Source: an uncultured virus (IMG/VR IMGVR_UViG_3300037067_026316)
Taxonomy: Duplodnaviria; Heunggongvirae; Uroviricota; Caudoviricetes
Strand: one strand, 5' to 3'
Virus record (IMG/VR): IMGVR_UViG_3300037067_026316
DNA length: 64,000 bases
Below are positions 8,043 to 17,836 of the stretch, one piece after another. Each line of letters opens with the position of its first letter. Within the stretch, counting starts at the first letter, position 1. The notes below the pieces were generated by a model. That model was not told the DNA's origin and did not search any database. It saw only the letters and a program-made list of their open reading frames with translations. The translations under genes were made by a program, and so were the position numbers.

Positions 8043-9048
8043 AGTTTTGCTCTTTAAAGGGGTAGAAAAGAAGTTGTGGGAGGATAGTAAAAAAGGTTTA
8101 ATACCTTCTGATCTTACTTTTTATAGAGATACCAAAAAAGTAGAAGGTGGAGCAGCTTTAGCGGCTAGAAAAAATATAAAAGATATTGTTGATGGGGGCA
8201 TTATTGCTGCTGAGATAGATGAAGAGCTTTTAATGAATATCGAAGGAAAGGCTCTTAGCTATGCGGAATTGGTTAAAGTAAAACCGGAAGTTGATAATTT
8301 TAAAGTTTATCTTAGGATTCCTTCTCTAAAGATACCTTCTTCATCGAAGGAATTCCTTTCTTTAGTAAGCCAAAGGATTAAGAATGTAGAAGAATGGAGA
8401 TCAGATAAGAAGCCTATTGTAGATTCATTGTTTAAAACTTTTGATAGGCAAATAACTGAAGAAATGGCTCGGGAATTAATTAAGGATTTTTGGCAGGGTG
8501 ATTTAGCAGCTCAAAAGGAAAATCTTCAAAAACTTGGTAATCAATCAATAGGCATTGGTACAACTCCTAACCCTCAGGTATTGGAAGGCGCTGTTCTTTC
8601 TAAATTGGAACCTATTTCAGAATGGAATTCAGCTCTATCATCTCATATATCTGACAGTTTAGAAGAGTTAATAAGAGATGGTAATGCACATCCTTCAGAA
8701 CTTGCAAATATTATTAGACAAAAGACTCCAGAGATATTAACTTCTGAAACAATAACTATTCAGCGTGAAGGGAAACGTGCAATTGAAATGTCTACTGGAT
8801 ATTATACTGAGCTTCTTGCTAGAACTATTCCTTTTGAAGTAAGAAATGCTGGATATATAGATAGGATGAAACAGTTTAAAGATATGTATATTGGATGGAA
8901 ATCTATATGTCCTGCAGATGAAAGAAGTTGCGAAGAATGTTTAGAAAAAATGAAAGAATCAGAAAAAATACCCTACAAATGGTCTGATGAAATACCTCCT
9001 TATCATCCTTTATGTAGATGTAGGCCTTTAGCAGTAAGAGAAGATTAA
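8023..9048 (+). CDS. Minor head protein (MuF/SPP1 gp7-like)
   Basis: C-terminal DERSCEEC...PPYHPLCRC motif; directly follows portal. Confidence 0.85.
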   Translation: MELEMAKVLLFKGVEKKLWEDSKKGLIPSDLTFYRDTKKVEGGAALAARKNIKDIVDGGIIAAEIDEELLMNIEGKALSYAELVKVKPEVDNFKVYLRIPSLKIPSSSKEFLSLVSQRIKNVEEWRSDKKPIVDSLFKTFDRQITEEMARELIKDFWQGDLAAQKENLQKLGNQSIGIGTTPNPQVLEGAVLSKLEPISEWNSALSSHISDSLEELIRDGNAHPSELANIIRQKTPEILTSETITIQREGKRAIEMSTGYYTELLARTIPFEVRNAGYIDRMKQFKDMYIGWKSICPADERSCEECLEKMKESEKIPYKWSDEIPPYHPLCRCRPLAVRED

Positions 9049-9176
9049 ATATTATAGACACAATAATTTTTCGAAAGTGAAAAGGAAAAGATATATAGAA
9101 GTACCTTTGCATTAAGATTGTGATAAAGATTGTGGAAGAAGGAGAATTACATTTGTAAAAAGCAGATGGTGTTGTT

Positions 9177-10394
9177 ATGGGATCTTGTAAGAAAGAATTG
9201 AAAGAAGGTAATTTTCCTGAGCATCAGAAGTTAGAAATTCAATTTCATGATAACGTTATTCGAGCAAAAGCTGTAGCAACGAAAGAAGGTGTTTGGAAAG
9301 GGGTATTCAGACCTGCAGAATTGCTAAAATCTAATTATAGATGGCTTAAAGGAGTTCCTATAACGATTAATCATCCTTTAGAAGGAGTCTATGATCCAGC
9401 TCTTGCTATAGGGCAAGTAGTTGATACGGAATGGGATGATGATCTAAAGAGAGTCCTAGTAGATTGTGAAATGTGGCCTGAAAAATGCCCTCCGGAAATA
9501 GTTCAACGAATAGTCGCTGGCGATCCTACTGAAGTATCTACAGGATATTTCTCTTATCAGGAAGAGATGCCTGGTAAATGGGGTGATAAAGAATATTCAG
9601 AAATTGAAAAGTCGTTGTTCTTTGATCATTTGGCAATTGTTCCTGTTGGTGCATGTACTACAGAAGACGGTTGTGGATTTGGTGCTCATGCAAATCCTCA
9701 AATTAAATTACATGGAGACCAAAAGATTATAAATAAAAAGGACGAAGGAATTTATATGATAGAAATAAAAGTAAATAACCTTGAGGATTTCACTAAGATA
9801 TCAGATGATATCTCTAAGATTGAAGATCCTACAGAGTTCAAAACAAAGAGTTTAGAATTGCTTAACTTGCTAAATAATCAGGTTAAGGATAAGACAGGTG
9901 TTTTTGAACTTCCTAAAATTGATGCTCCTTCTTATCCAAAACCAAAGATCATTAAGGCGCAAGATAGCGATTCTTTGACTCTTGATTTTGAATCGTCTAT
10001 GGATATTGAGGAAGCTAAGGGAGCAATAGCTGATCTTTATGGTGATGCTATGAAGACTATAGCTGAAAAGGAGGCTCTTATTACAAAGCTTCAGGATGAG
10101 AACACAAGACTTCAGGAAGAAAAAAGCGTTATTGAAGGTAGTGTAAGAGCAGATCATATTGCTACCATTAAAGCTCATAGTGGAGATCTAACTGAAGAAG
10201 AAGCAAAAGTATATGAAGGAATGCCTATTGATCAATTGAAAGTTGTTGCTTCTGGCATGGCAAAAATTAGAGTTCACTCTGATAAGAAAGAAGATAAAAC
10301 AAAGTTTAAGATGCCTGACGGAAATGGAAATAAGAAGTTAACCGTTGATCAGTTGAATGCAGAGTTTGATGCTGCATTAGGATTTAAGAGGTAA
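9177..10394 (+). CDS. Prohead protease (DUF2213-like) fused to coiled-coil scaffold
   Basis: GVPITINHP, EVSTGY, DHLAIVPVGAC...GCG motifs; C-terminal coiled coil. Confidence 0.85.
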   Translation: MGSCKKELKEGNFPEHQKLEIQFHDNVIRAKAVATKEGVWKGVFRPAELLKSNYRWLKGVPITINHPLEGVYDPALAIGQVVDTEWDDDLKRVLVDCEMWPEKCPPEIVQRIVAGDPTEVSTGYFSYQEEMPGKWGDKEYSEIEKSLFFDHLAIVPVGACTTEDGCGFGAHANPQIKLHGDQKIINKKDEGIYMIEIKVNNLEDFTKISDDISKIEDPTEFKTKSLELLNLLNNQVKDKTGVFELPKIDAPSYPKPKIIKAQDSDSLTLDFESSMDIEEAKGAIADLYGDAMKTIAEKEALITKLQDENTRLQEEKSVIEGSVRADHIATIKAHSGDLTEEEAKVYEGMPIDQLKVVASGMAKIRVHSDKKEDKTKFKMPDGNGNKKLTVDQLNAEFDAALGFKR

Positions 10395-10400
10395 GAATAT

Positions 10401-11024
10401 ATGTCACTCGCTGGAAAAGTTGCTGGTGATGCCAGCATAGGACTTCCAATTACTGCTTGGTTGTATGAAGGAAATATTACCAGAGGTACGGCGGAAGGGA
10501 GAACAGGGCTAGATATGGTTACTGTTGTAAGAACTGCTCCTTTAGTACCTGGGGATAGAGTAGAGCTATGGGATGATGCAGCAATAGACTATGATACTTT
10601 GAAGGGATTGCCTATCGTCCGGAAGGCTCAGACTGCAGGGTTAACTTATGGTGGGGAAGTTATTTCTCAGCCTGATAGGGCTCCTAATATTCCCGCTGAT
10701 AGTACTCCCGTTACTGCTATAGCAGATCAGATATCTCAGGGACTCTTGAGGAAGGCTACAATTGAGTTTGATGGGCTAATGAAGATCAAGGTGGTTGAGG
10801 TAAAGGTTCCTGCAAATGGTGGTGGAGCAGATTCTATTGATGTTGGAGTTATTACAACTTTGAAATGGGATGTTTCCGAAGGTGGATATGCCTTTGAAGC
10901 TGCTGGTTCGTATGCCGGAGAAGGAGTTGTTCCTTTCCATCACATTGAAGGCTCTACGAGCGTAGCGGTAACGAAACCGTGTTTGATAGGATTTGGCATG
11001 AATCCTGTAAGGGTGGTGGCTTAA
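10401..11024 (+). CDS. Putative capsid decoration/minor capsid protein
   Basis: Between protease and major capsid gene; Gly/Ala/Val-rich. Confidence 0.55.
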   Translation: MSLAGKVAGDASIGLPITAWLYEGNITRGTAEGRTGLDMVTVVRTAPLVPGDRVELWDDAAIDYDTLKGLPIVRKAQTAGLTYGGEVISQPDRAPNIPADSTPVTAIADQISQGLLRKATIEFDGLMKIKVVEVKVPANGGGADSIDVGVITTLKWDVSEGGYAFEAAGSYAGEGVVPFHHIEGSTSVAVTKPCLIGFGMNPVRVVA

Positions 11025-11975
11025 ATGGCTGGAAAGATTACATTACCGAATGATAGATATCTCCAGTCTGACTTTGTGGAGAGTAGAGTTGTAAGCATGA
11101 TTCTTCCAGAGTTAGAATGGATGAATTTTATGCCTAAGGTACAGGTAGATAGTAAGGCTATTTGGGGCACTAAAGAACCTACGACTGCAGCAACAGATTC
11201 GAAGAGAAGAAGACCGCGCCTTAGGACTGCAGGCTCTCGATTTGTTAAGATTGAGGTTAGCAATCTTGAGGAAATCTCTACAACCATGGCCTCCTTTGGT
11301 CTGGAGATTAGGATAGATGAGGATGCAGTAAGATTTGCTGAAGGGCTTGATATGATTAACAGAGCCTATACCAGGGCTGCATTCTGGTTAGCTCAAGAAG
11401 TTAACATGGTTATTGGAGATGCTCTTGTAGATGGAGTTTATACTGAGGGAGCTACTGATAAGTTCTATGCTAAGTCTACTCCTGTATGGAGTGATGCTAC
11501 TAACCGCAAACCTGTATCAGATCTACAGCTCCTTCTCTCTGATATGGAGAGGGACGGATATCCATATGAATTGACGGACGTTTACCTTCACAAGGATAAC
11601 TACGATGAGATTATGAGTTATCTTATGAATATCAACGTTAACCAGGGAGAAAGACAGTTTATATGGGGGACTCCTAACTTCAAGACCGCAGCTATAGAAC
11701 TTCCTGTATTGGGAATAACAGCTCATAGGATGAGGTTTTCTGTTGGGGAAGGCACTGTTCTAGGCCTTGATAAGAGGTTTAGTCCTGCTACGTATTACTA
11801 CTCTAAGAATCCGAAGTATCCTCAGACGATGGAAAATAATATTGGCTTCCATTTGCATAGGTACGAAGATGATGATACTCATGATACTGTATTTCAGATG
11901 TGGCTGGAGTATGGTACTCTGGTTAAGGAGCCATATGCAGGTATCTACTATGATGGTACGGGAACTAAGGTTTGA
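11025..11975 (+). CDS. Major capsid protein (HK97 fold)
   Basis: 316 aa; position after protease and decoration genes; GLEIRIDEDAVR and backbone-helix-like RAAFWLAQEVN pattern. Confidence 0.75.
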   Translation: MAGKITLPNDRYLQSDFVESRVVSMILPELEWMNFMPKVQVDSKAIWGTKEPTTAATDSKRRRPRLRTAGSRFVKIEVSNLEEISTTMASFGLEIRIDEDAVRFAEGLDMINRAYTRAAFWLAQEVNMVIGDALVDGVYTEGATDKFYAKSTPVWSDATNRKPVSDLQLLLSDMERDGYPYELTDVYLHKDNYDEIMSYLMNINVNQGERQFIWGTPNFKTAAIELPVLGITAHRMRFSVGEGTVLGLDKRFSPATYYYSKNPKYPQTMENNIGFHLHRYEDDDTHDTVFQMWLEYGTLVKEPYAGIYYDGTGTKV

Positions 11976-12004
11976 AACCTTAGTTCCTAAAGAGAGGTGG
12001 TTGA

Positions 12005-12481
12005 ATGACAGAACTAATTCTTGCTAAATCCCCAGGGCCTGACCAGGTAGGAGAACTTAGAGTTGAGGGACCTCTACCAAGTACAGGAAAAGTAGCTTAT
12101 GTGGTAATGGTAGTAGGAACTGTAGCTGCGAATGCTGCAGAAGAAGTAGCGGATATAGGGCCTAGACTTCTGACTACAGGGGATGTAGGATATGGAGTAG
12201 TTCCTTTTGCAGGAATTATAACTAAGGTACAGCTCTTTAGTGTACAGGCCTCTGCAACTATAGCATTGGATATCAATAAGAAGACTATTGCAGGGACTTC
12301 ATTTGCAAAGATATCTGCTTCTGCAGGTCCGGCATTATCTAATGCACAACAGGCTAATGCAACTCTTACTACATGGACAACGGCGGTTGCTGCTGGGGAT
12401 GTTTTGGAAGCTAAAGTTAATACAGGTCCGGCTACTGCTTCTAAACAAGTTTATGTTTTAGTAGAAGTGACTGCTAGCTGA
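12005..12481 (+). CDS. Virion structural protein (beta-rich)
   Basis: Ala/Thr/Val-rich; VAAGDVL motif; GAGGTGG RBS. Confidence 0.55.
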   Translation: MTELILAKSPGPDQVGELRVEGPLPSTGKVAYVVMVVGTVAANAAEEVADIGPRLLTTGDVGYGVVPFAGIITKVQLFSVQASATIALDINKKTIAGTSFAKISASAGPALSNAQQANATLTTWTTAVAAGDVLEAKVNTGPATASKQVYVLVEVTAS

Positions 12482-12519
12482 AGAAAGGGAGGCTTTCCTT
12501 TCTTTGGCTTAACCTTTTT
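12481..12519 (+). terminator. Hairpin plus T-rich tail after the capsid block
   Basis: AAGAAAGG...CCTTTCTT stem followed by T-rich sequence. Confidence 0.45.
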
Positions 12520-12544
12520 ATCCGAAGAGGTATAAAGGAGCATT

Positions 12545-12922
12545 ATGTTAAAGAAAGGGAAGAGAAAAGAGGAAAAGAAAAAACCTATACCAATTGCTAG
12601 CCCTGATGTAGATAGTGCAAAGATTGAAGGACTTATAGATCTTTTGGTCTTAAAGGGAATTTTAACAGAGCAGGAATTAGCGCAAACAGCAGATATCTAT
12701 CTTTCATACATAAATGCAATAATAGACCTTTTAGTCTTGAAAGATATTTTCAAATCCTGGGAATTAGATATTTGCGTTAAGGCTTACCATGATTATTTAC
12801 AGGCTCAAGCTGGTAATCCTACTATTCCTCCTGAAGTCTTATTTCAGCAAAGGCGAAACTATGAAAAAGAATTAATTGATTTTCGCCGGAAGATGATAGA
12901 CGAAGGAAAGTTTAATGGGTAA
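12545..12922 (+). CDS. Hypothetical protein with internal duplication (IDLLVLK x2)
   Basis: GGAG RBS; GLIDLLVLKGI and AIIDLLVLKDI repeats. Confidence 0.65.
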   Translation: MLKKGKRKEEKKKPIPIASPDVDSAKIEGLIDLLVLKGILTEQELAQTADIYLSYINAIIDLLVLKDIFKSWELDICVKAYHDYLQAQAGNPTIPPEVLFQQRRNYEKELIDFRRKMIDEGKFNG

Positions 12923-15206
12923 TATATATCTACTATTATGTGATAATGGGGATGTACCTAGCGGATGGACTGAAATTTCATCATCCTATCATAATCGATT
13001 GCTTATGCTAGGTACATATAGCTTTTTGAGTACTGGAGGATCTGAAACTCATACTCATAATGCTACTACAAAGACTTCCTTAGCTTCTGGAGGAGCTTCA
13101 AATTCAGCAGTTAGTAGCGGTTTTTCTGTAAATATTGGATATTCAAATCATACTCATACAGCATCTAGCGCAGCTCAATCTTTAGATGCTGGAACGGGGA
13201 CGAGTTGGCCTTTTTATAAGAATTATCGTATGATATATAAAAATATAAATGATTTTAACGGTGTAGTTCCTGCTAATGTAGCATGCCTTAGAGGTTCTTT
13301 ACCTTCCAGTTCTGAGCCTGATTATGATCATTGGGTATGGGATGAAAATGCAGATTGTTATATTAGAATAGCTGCTTCTTATGGAGGAACAGGAGGGGCT
13401 GATAATCATACTCATCCTACAACTCTTGGATGGAATACTCAAGTTTTATCTACTACTCAAAAAAGTGATGGCTCTGTTTCATTTGTTAAAGGATCTATTA
13501 TTCATGGTCATACTTCAACAGGAATAACTTCTCAAGGAGCAGATCATACATATAAGTGGTGGGGAGCTGGAGTTTGCAAGGTGACTGAGCAGACTAATGG
13601 ATTTCCTGCTGGATCTTATGCCTGGTTTGATGATAGTGTTTCATCTGCTTGGACTGCTGTATCTTCTTCTTATAATGGTTATTTTTGTAAAAATCGAGGA
13701 AGTGCAAATAGAACAGTTGCACAAGGAGGAACAGATAATACTCATACTCATGAAGTGACTGGCGATAGTGGAACTATATCTTCAGGGACAAGTCAGGTTG
13801 CAGCAGGAGGATCTTCTGCAGGAGTTCTTTATTCTCATGTTCATGCAATTACTGGAGGTGTCTTTAAATCAGTATTGCCTGTTCCTCCTTATGTTGTATT
13901 AAGGTTGGCATCAATAGATGAAACATTAGCGCCAATGCAGACTAGAACTAAAACTTATGATATGGATTTAGTTTTGAAGAAGATTAATTCTAAAACTTAT
14001 ACATCAGATCTTCTTGTTAAAAAACTGAATATTAATAAGACTTATGCAATGGATTTATTGATTAAGAAAAATGGGATTACAAAATCAATAGATTCAGATA
14101 TATTGATTAAGAAGGCTTGTATAGAGTCTTTTAATGCTGATATATTGCTAAAGAAGTTCGGTATAAATAAGACATATCAGCTAGATATTCTTTTAGCTAA
14201 GCATTACATTAAGACTTATCAAATTGATATATTGCTTTTAGAGAAGGGAATAACAAAAGGTTATTCTATAGATTTATTATTAAAGAAATCCTATATTAAA
14301 ACTTATACATCAGATCTTCTTCTTAAGAGATTAGGGATTGATAAATCTTATATAATGGATTTACTAATAAAAAAGAATGAAATTATAAAATCAATGAATA
14401 TAGATATATTAGTTAAGAAGTCTTTTGTAAAAATTTATAATATTGATATATTATTGAAGAACTTAAATAATAAAGTTTATCAACTAGATATTCTTTTAGC
14501 CAAACGTTATTCTAAGATTTATCAAGTAAATGTAATAATTTTAAAGAAAGGAATAATGAAGAATTATAGTATAGATATTTTACTTACTAGTTTAACAAAA
14601 GTATTATATCAAGCAGATATTTTAATTAAGAAATATAATATAAGTAAAACGTATCAATTAGATATTGCTATTTTAAAAAGGATTGACAATAATTATATTA
14701 TGGATATTTTAGTTATAAGTCGTTTTAAATCTACTTATGAAGTTGATTTATTAATAAAAAAAATAGGTAGTAAGACTTATCAATTAAATGTTATTTTGCA
14801 AAAAAATAATATTAATAAAGCATATCAGATGGATTTATTATTAAGCAGCAATGATATTGATAAAACATACCAGATGAGTATGCTTATTTATAGAATTGGT
14901 ATTAAAAATTATCAAGCTAATTTGTTATTATATAAAACTTCTAGTATTCGTTATAGTTTTGGTATCAAGATTATATCTTATGGTTCATATCGTAAGAGAA
15001 GAAATTTAAGTTTGGACGATATACAACCAAAAATTACAATACAAAGGGGATTTGACAAATATACTTTTGATCCTATAGTAGATCAACTAAAGATAAAAGA
15101 CGGTACAGGAAAAGATATTCAACAGATAATAGAAATTAACAAAGGTTTCGATGAGTATGTATTTGATCCTATGATAGAACAATTAAGACGGAAGAGGAAT
15201 TTATAG
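12915..15206 (+). CDS. Fibre-like structural protein with HxH motifs and KTYxMDxLLKK repeats
   Basis: N-half GGxxxHTH and PPY motifs typical of fibre/collar domains; C-half has more than 20 repeats of 14-15 aa. Confidence 0.7.
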   Translation: MGNIYLLLCDNGDVPSGWTEISSSYHNRLLMLGTYSFLSTGGSETHTHNATTKTSLASGGASNSAVSSGFSVNIGYSNHTHTASSAAQSLDAGTGTSWPFYKNYRMIYKNINDFNGVVPANVACLRGSLPSSSEPDYDHWVWDENADCYIRIAASYGGTGGADNHTHPTTLGWNTQVLSTTQKSDGSVSFVKGSIIHGHTSTGITSQGADHTYKWWGAGVCKVTEQTNGFPAGSYAWFDDSVSSAWTAVSSSYNGYFCKNRGSANRTVAQGGTDNTHTHEVTGDSGTISSGTSQVAAGGSSAGVLYSHVHAITGGVFKSVLPVPPYVVLRLASIDETLAPMQTRTKTYDMDLVLKKINSKTYTSDLLVKKLNINKTYAMDLLIKKNGITKSIDSDILIKKACIESFNADILLKKFGINKTYQLDILLAKHYIKTYQIDILLLEKGITKGYSIDLLLKKSYIKTYTSDLLLKRLGIDKSYIMDLLIKKNEIIKSMNIDILVKKSFVKIYNIDILLKNLNNKVYQLDILLAKRYSKIYQVNVIILKKGIMKNYSIDILLTSLTKVLYQADILIKKYNISKTYQLDIAILKRIDNNYIMDILVISRFKSTYEVDLLIKKIGSKTYQLNVILQKNNINKAYQMDLLLSSNDIDKTYQMSMLIYRIGIKNYQANLLLYKTSSIRYSFGIKIISYGSYRKRRNLSLDDIQPKITIQRGFDKYTFDPIVDQLKIKDGTGKDIQQIIEINKGFDEYVFDPMIEQLRRKRNL

Positions 15207-15218
15207 GCGATTTAGATT

Positions 15219-15686
15219 ATGACAACTATTCTTCCTATAGAATATATATGTGCTAAAGTTGTAAATGGAGTACCTCAAGTATCTTTAGCAATAGCTCAAA
15301 AAGGAAAAATATTTGTTGTACCTCAAAATATGGTAGTACTTCCAGAACTAATTTATGGCAGTTATAAAGATGTTAATGGATTAAAACAGTATTTTAGTTG
15401 TAATATTTCAGCTAATACTGATGCATATTCTATTGTAGAAGCTAATTTATGTAATTATATTTCAGTAGGGACATTATCTTTTGTAATTTATCAAGGAGAA
15501 ATAAAAGGGGGAACGTTAGCTACAGAGATAACTGATGTTGATTACAATGGTTTGAATGGATTAGCGAATTATAATATATTAATTAGAGAAGTTCCTACTT
15601 ATGAAACAAATGAATATTATCGTGTTCGCCGCAATGTACGAGTGGATAATCTTAAACCAATAATAATTATCAATAGAGGGTTATAG
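15219..15686 (+). CDS. Structural protein made of the shared GSYKDVNG/ATEIT domain
   Basis: Clear similarity to the repeated domain in the 21216 ORF and to the middle of baseplate J. Confidence 0.65.
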   Translation: MTTILPIEYICAKVVNGVPQVSLAIAQKGKIFVVPQNMVVLPELIYGSYKDVNGLKQYFSCNISANTDAYSIVEANLCNYISVGTLSFVIYQGEIKGGTLATEITDVDYNGLNGLANYNILIREVPTYETNEYYRVRRNVRVDNLKPIIIINRGL

Positions 15687-15753
15687 GTATTGGGTAAAGC
15701 TTATATCTTAATATTGTATGATTATTAAACAAGACTTTGGTGGTGCATTTAAT

Positions 15754-15903
15754 ATGGTTAATATGCAAACAGGGGGGAATTCTAACCCTAAGATGATAAA
15801 GGCAACAGGGACGGGAACAGATCTAGATCCTTTTGTTATTGAATTCTCTTTGCCTGCGGCTCAGATAACTCAATTGATTGCTGATATAGGTGGTGCGGTT
15901 TAA
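15754..15903 (+). CDS. Short protein duplicating the N-terminus of the DGR target
   Basis: MVNMQTGGNSNPKMIKATGTGTDLDPF vs MANMESGGASNPKMIKATGIGTDLDPF; GGTGGTG RBS before ATG 15754 (the ORF track starts at 15718). Confidence 0.6.
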   Translation: MVNMQTGGNSNPKMIKATGTGTDLDPFVIEFSLPAAQITQLIADIGGAV

Positions 15904-17539
15904 AATGGCTAATATGGAATCTGGAGGAGCCTCAAATCCTAAGATGATAAAGGCAACAGGTATAGGGACAGATTTAGATCCTTTTATTATTGAATATGCG
16001 CTTACAGCTTCTCAGTTAACTCAACTAGCTGATGGTATGGTTAGTGCGTTAGCTTCATTGCCAGCTCATTATGAAAGATCAAGAATGTGGAAAAACAAAG
16101 GTAGTGATAGCGCAGCTAATCGCCGAACTTTAGTATCTCCTGATTTCTTAACTGTTAACATAAATAATGTAGGATATGTTAAACGAATAGAACAGGAATT
16201 AGATTTAGATGTAGTTGATACATGGGATACTATTGTTGGAACAGATTATTCTATAGCAGCAAATAGAGCTGGAAAAGATTTCTTTGTATATGCCTGTCAG
16301 CCTGTAAGCGGATCAGAGCCAATATTTCTTGTTTCGGCTGCAACTACTTATCCGGCAGGGTATTCTGCTTTGACAAGTCGTAAAATAGCTCAGTTTCATT
16401 GTGAATGCCTTAATGTAGGAACTATTTCAGGTCATTCTCTTACTGGATACCTTACAGGAGATATTTTACCTAGATCTATTCAAGACTTGAAACATAGACC
16501 AAATAATAACAGAGAGTTCAAGAATGGATTTGTATGGGGTGGTGTTACTGATTTTGATACCATTAACTATGCTCCTGTTTGGAAAGCTATTTACATGGCT
16601 TCCGGTACTGGTATTAATATGGCTTCAGTCTTTGGAGCTGTTGCCAAAGTATCTTACAACTGGAATCAGTTTGTAAATGATTTTGGATTAATCGGTTGTC
16701 GTATGATGACTGATGAGGAATTTCAAGTTCTATGTACAGGAATTGAGGAAGAAGTAAATGTTGCAGGATCAGTATCACCTACTACGACTGGAGGACATGT
16801 ATCAACAACAGGTCGTAGAATGATCTCAAATATAGGGTCTGAAGATGATGCTGGAGTATGGTGGCAATGGTTATCAACTCAGTCATATCGTGTTGATTTT
16901 GACGGATCTGTAGTAGCAGCTTCGCAAACAGCTAATGTTATTCATGATGCTGCACCTGGCGGGAATCCTGTTTATGTAGATTATATGGCAGATGGTAGTC
17001 CTTACTTATGCTGTAACATGGCAACTACAGGGGTAGATAAATGGGTAGTTTTTGGATCTACTTATGCTGTTTTGATAAAGCATATGTCTTCTATCCCTGC
17101 AACAGCAGTACAGGTTTATCTTGATGAAGATGCTACGCAACCTAATAGATTATTAGCTGTTATGGGAAGAGGAAAGAATAGCTATATTCAAGGATATCCG
17201 AATACAGCTTTTCAGCTTCAAATAACTCATAATATCAATGCAGCTACTTTAGGTAGTGCTATATACTTTGATGATGGGGCTAATCAGAGATTGGAATTTG
17301 CATCTCCTACAGCGCAGAGTGGTGTTATAGATATGGCACAAGATGCTATATCATGGGGGTATTACGATTTACCAACAGGAGTTGGATCATTATACCGACA
17401 GGGATCTTATGGTGATGTAAAGCTGCTCGCGGGCGGGTATTGGACGGATGCGACTTATGCGGGTTCCCGTGCTCGGTTTGGTCATAACTATCGCTGGTTT
17501 GCGACTTCGTATATCGGTGGTCGCCCTGTTGTCGACTAG
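15890..17539 (+). CDS. DGR target protein, C-type-lectin-fold (Mtd-like) receptor-binding/fibre protein
   Basis: GRRMISNIGSEDDAGVWWQW and C-terminal LLAGGYW...GSR..IGGR motifs; contains the VR. Likely start is ATG 15905. Confidence 0.9.
   Translation: MVRFKMANMESGGASNPKMIKATGIGTDLDPFIIEYALTASQLTQLADGMVSALASLPAHYERSRMWKNKGSDSAANRRTLVSPDFLTVNINNVGYVKRIEQELDLDVVDTWDTIVGTDYSIAANRAGKDFFVYACQPVSGSEPIFLVSAATTYPAGYSALTSRKIAQFHCECLNVGTISGHSLTGYLTGDILPRSIQDLKHRPNNNREFKNGFVWGGVTDFDTINYAPVWKAIYMASGTGINMASVFGAVAKVSYNWNQFVNDFGLIGCRMMTDEEFQVLCTGIEEEVNVAGSVSPTTTGGHVSTTGRRMISNIGSEDDAGVWWQWLSTQSYRVDFDGSVVAASQTANVIHDAAPGGNPVYVDYMADGSPYLCCNMATTGVDKWVVFGSTYAVLIKHMSSIPATAVQVYLDEDATQPNRLLAVMGRGKNSYIQGYPNTAFQLQITHNINAATLGSAIYFDDGANQRLEFASPTAQSGVIDMAQDAISWGYYDLPTGVGSLYRQGSYGDVKLLAGGYWTDATYAGSRARFGHNYRWFATSYIGGRPVVD
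17422..17533 (+). repeat. DGR variable repeat (VR)
   Basis: 112-nt ungapped match to TR with 14 mismatches, all opposite TR adenines. Confidence 0.97.
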
Positions 17540-17589
17540 GAGTTATTGTTATCAAAAGTCAATACTTTGGTAATAGGCTGAGTAAGTTT

Positions 17590-17701
17590 GCTGCTCGCAG
17601 GCAGGAATTGGACGAATGCGACTAATGCGGGTTCCCGTGCTCGGAATGGTAATAACTATCGCTGGAATGCGAATACGAATATCGGTGGTCACCCTGTTGT
17701 C
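17590..17701 (+). ncRNA. DGR template repeat (TR)
   Basis: Copy of VR with 8 AAT and 1 AAC codons in the VR frame; lies upstream of RT. Confidence 0.97.
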
Positions 17702-17836
17702 AGAGATCCGGGAAAAAATGACTTGGAGCCAACTCCCGGCTGAATTTACTAGCCTTGCCTTAGATCAGGCAAAATACAAGACGGAGGAGAAGAGTAGCTA
17801 GTACGTAAAAGGAACGTTACTTTTCTTAAAATTTAT

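Noticed and set aside
17616..17801. 61-aa ORF over the TR
   Set aside because: It overlaps the template repeat and spacer RNA, has no RBS or family resemblance, and is probably spurious.
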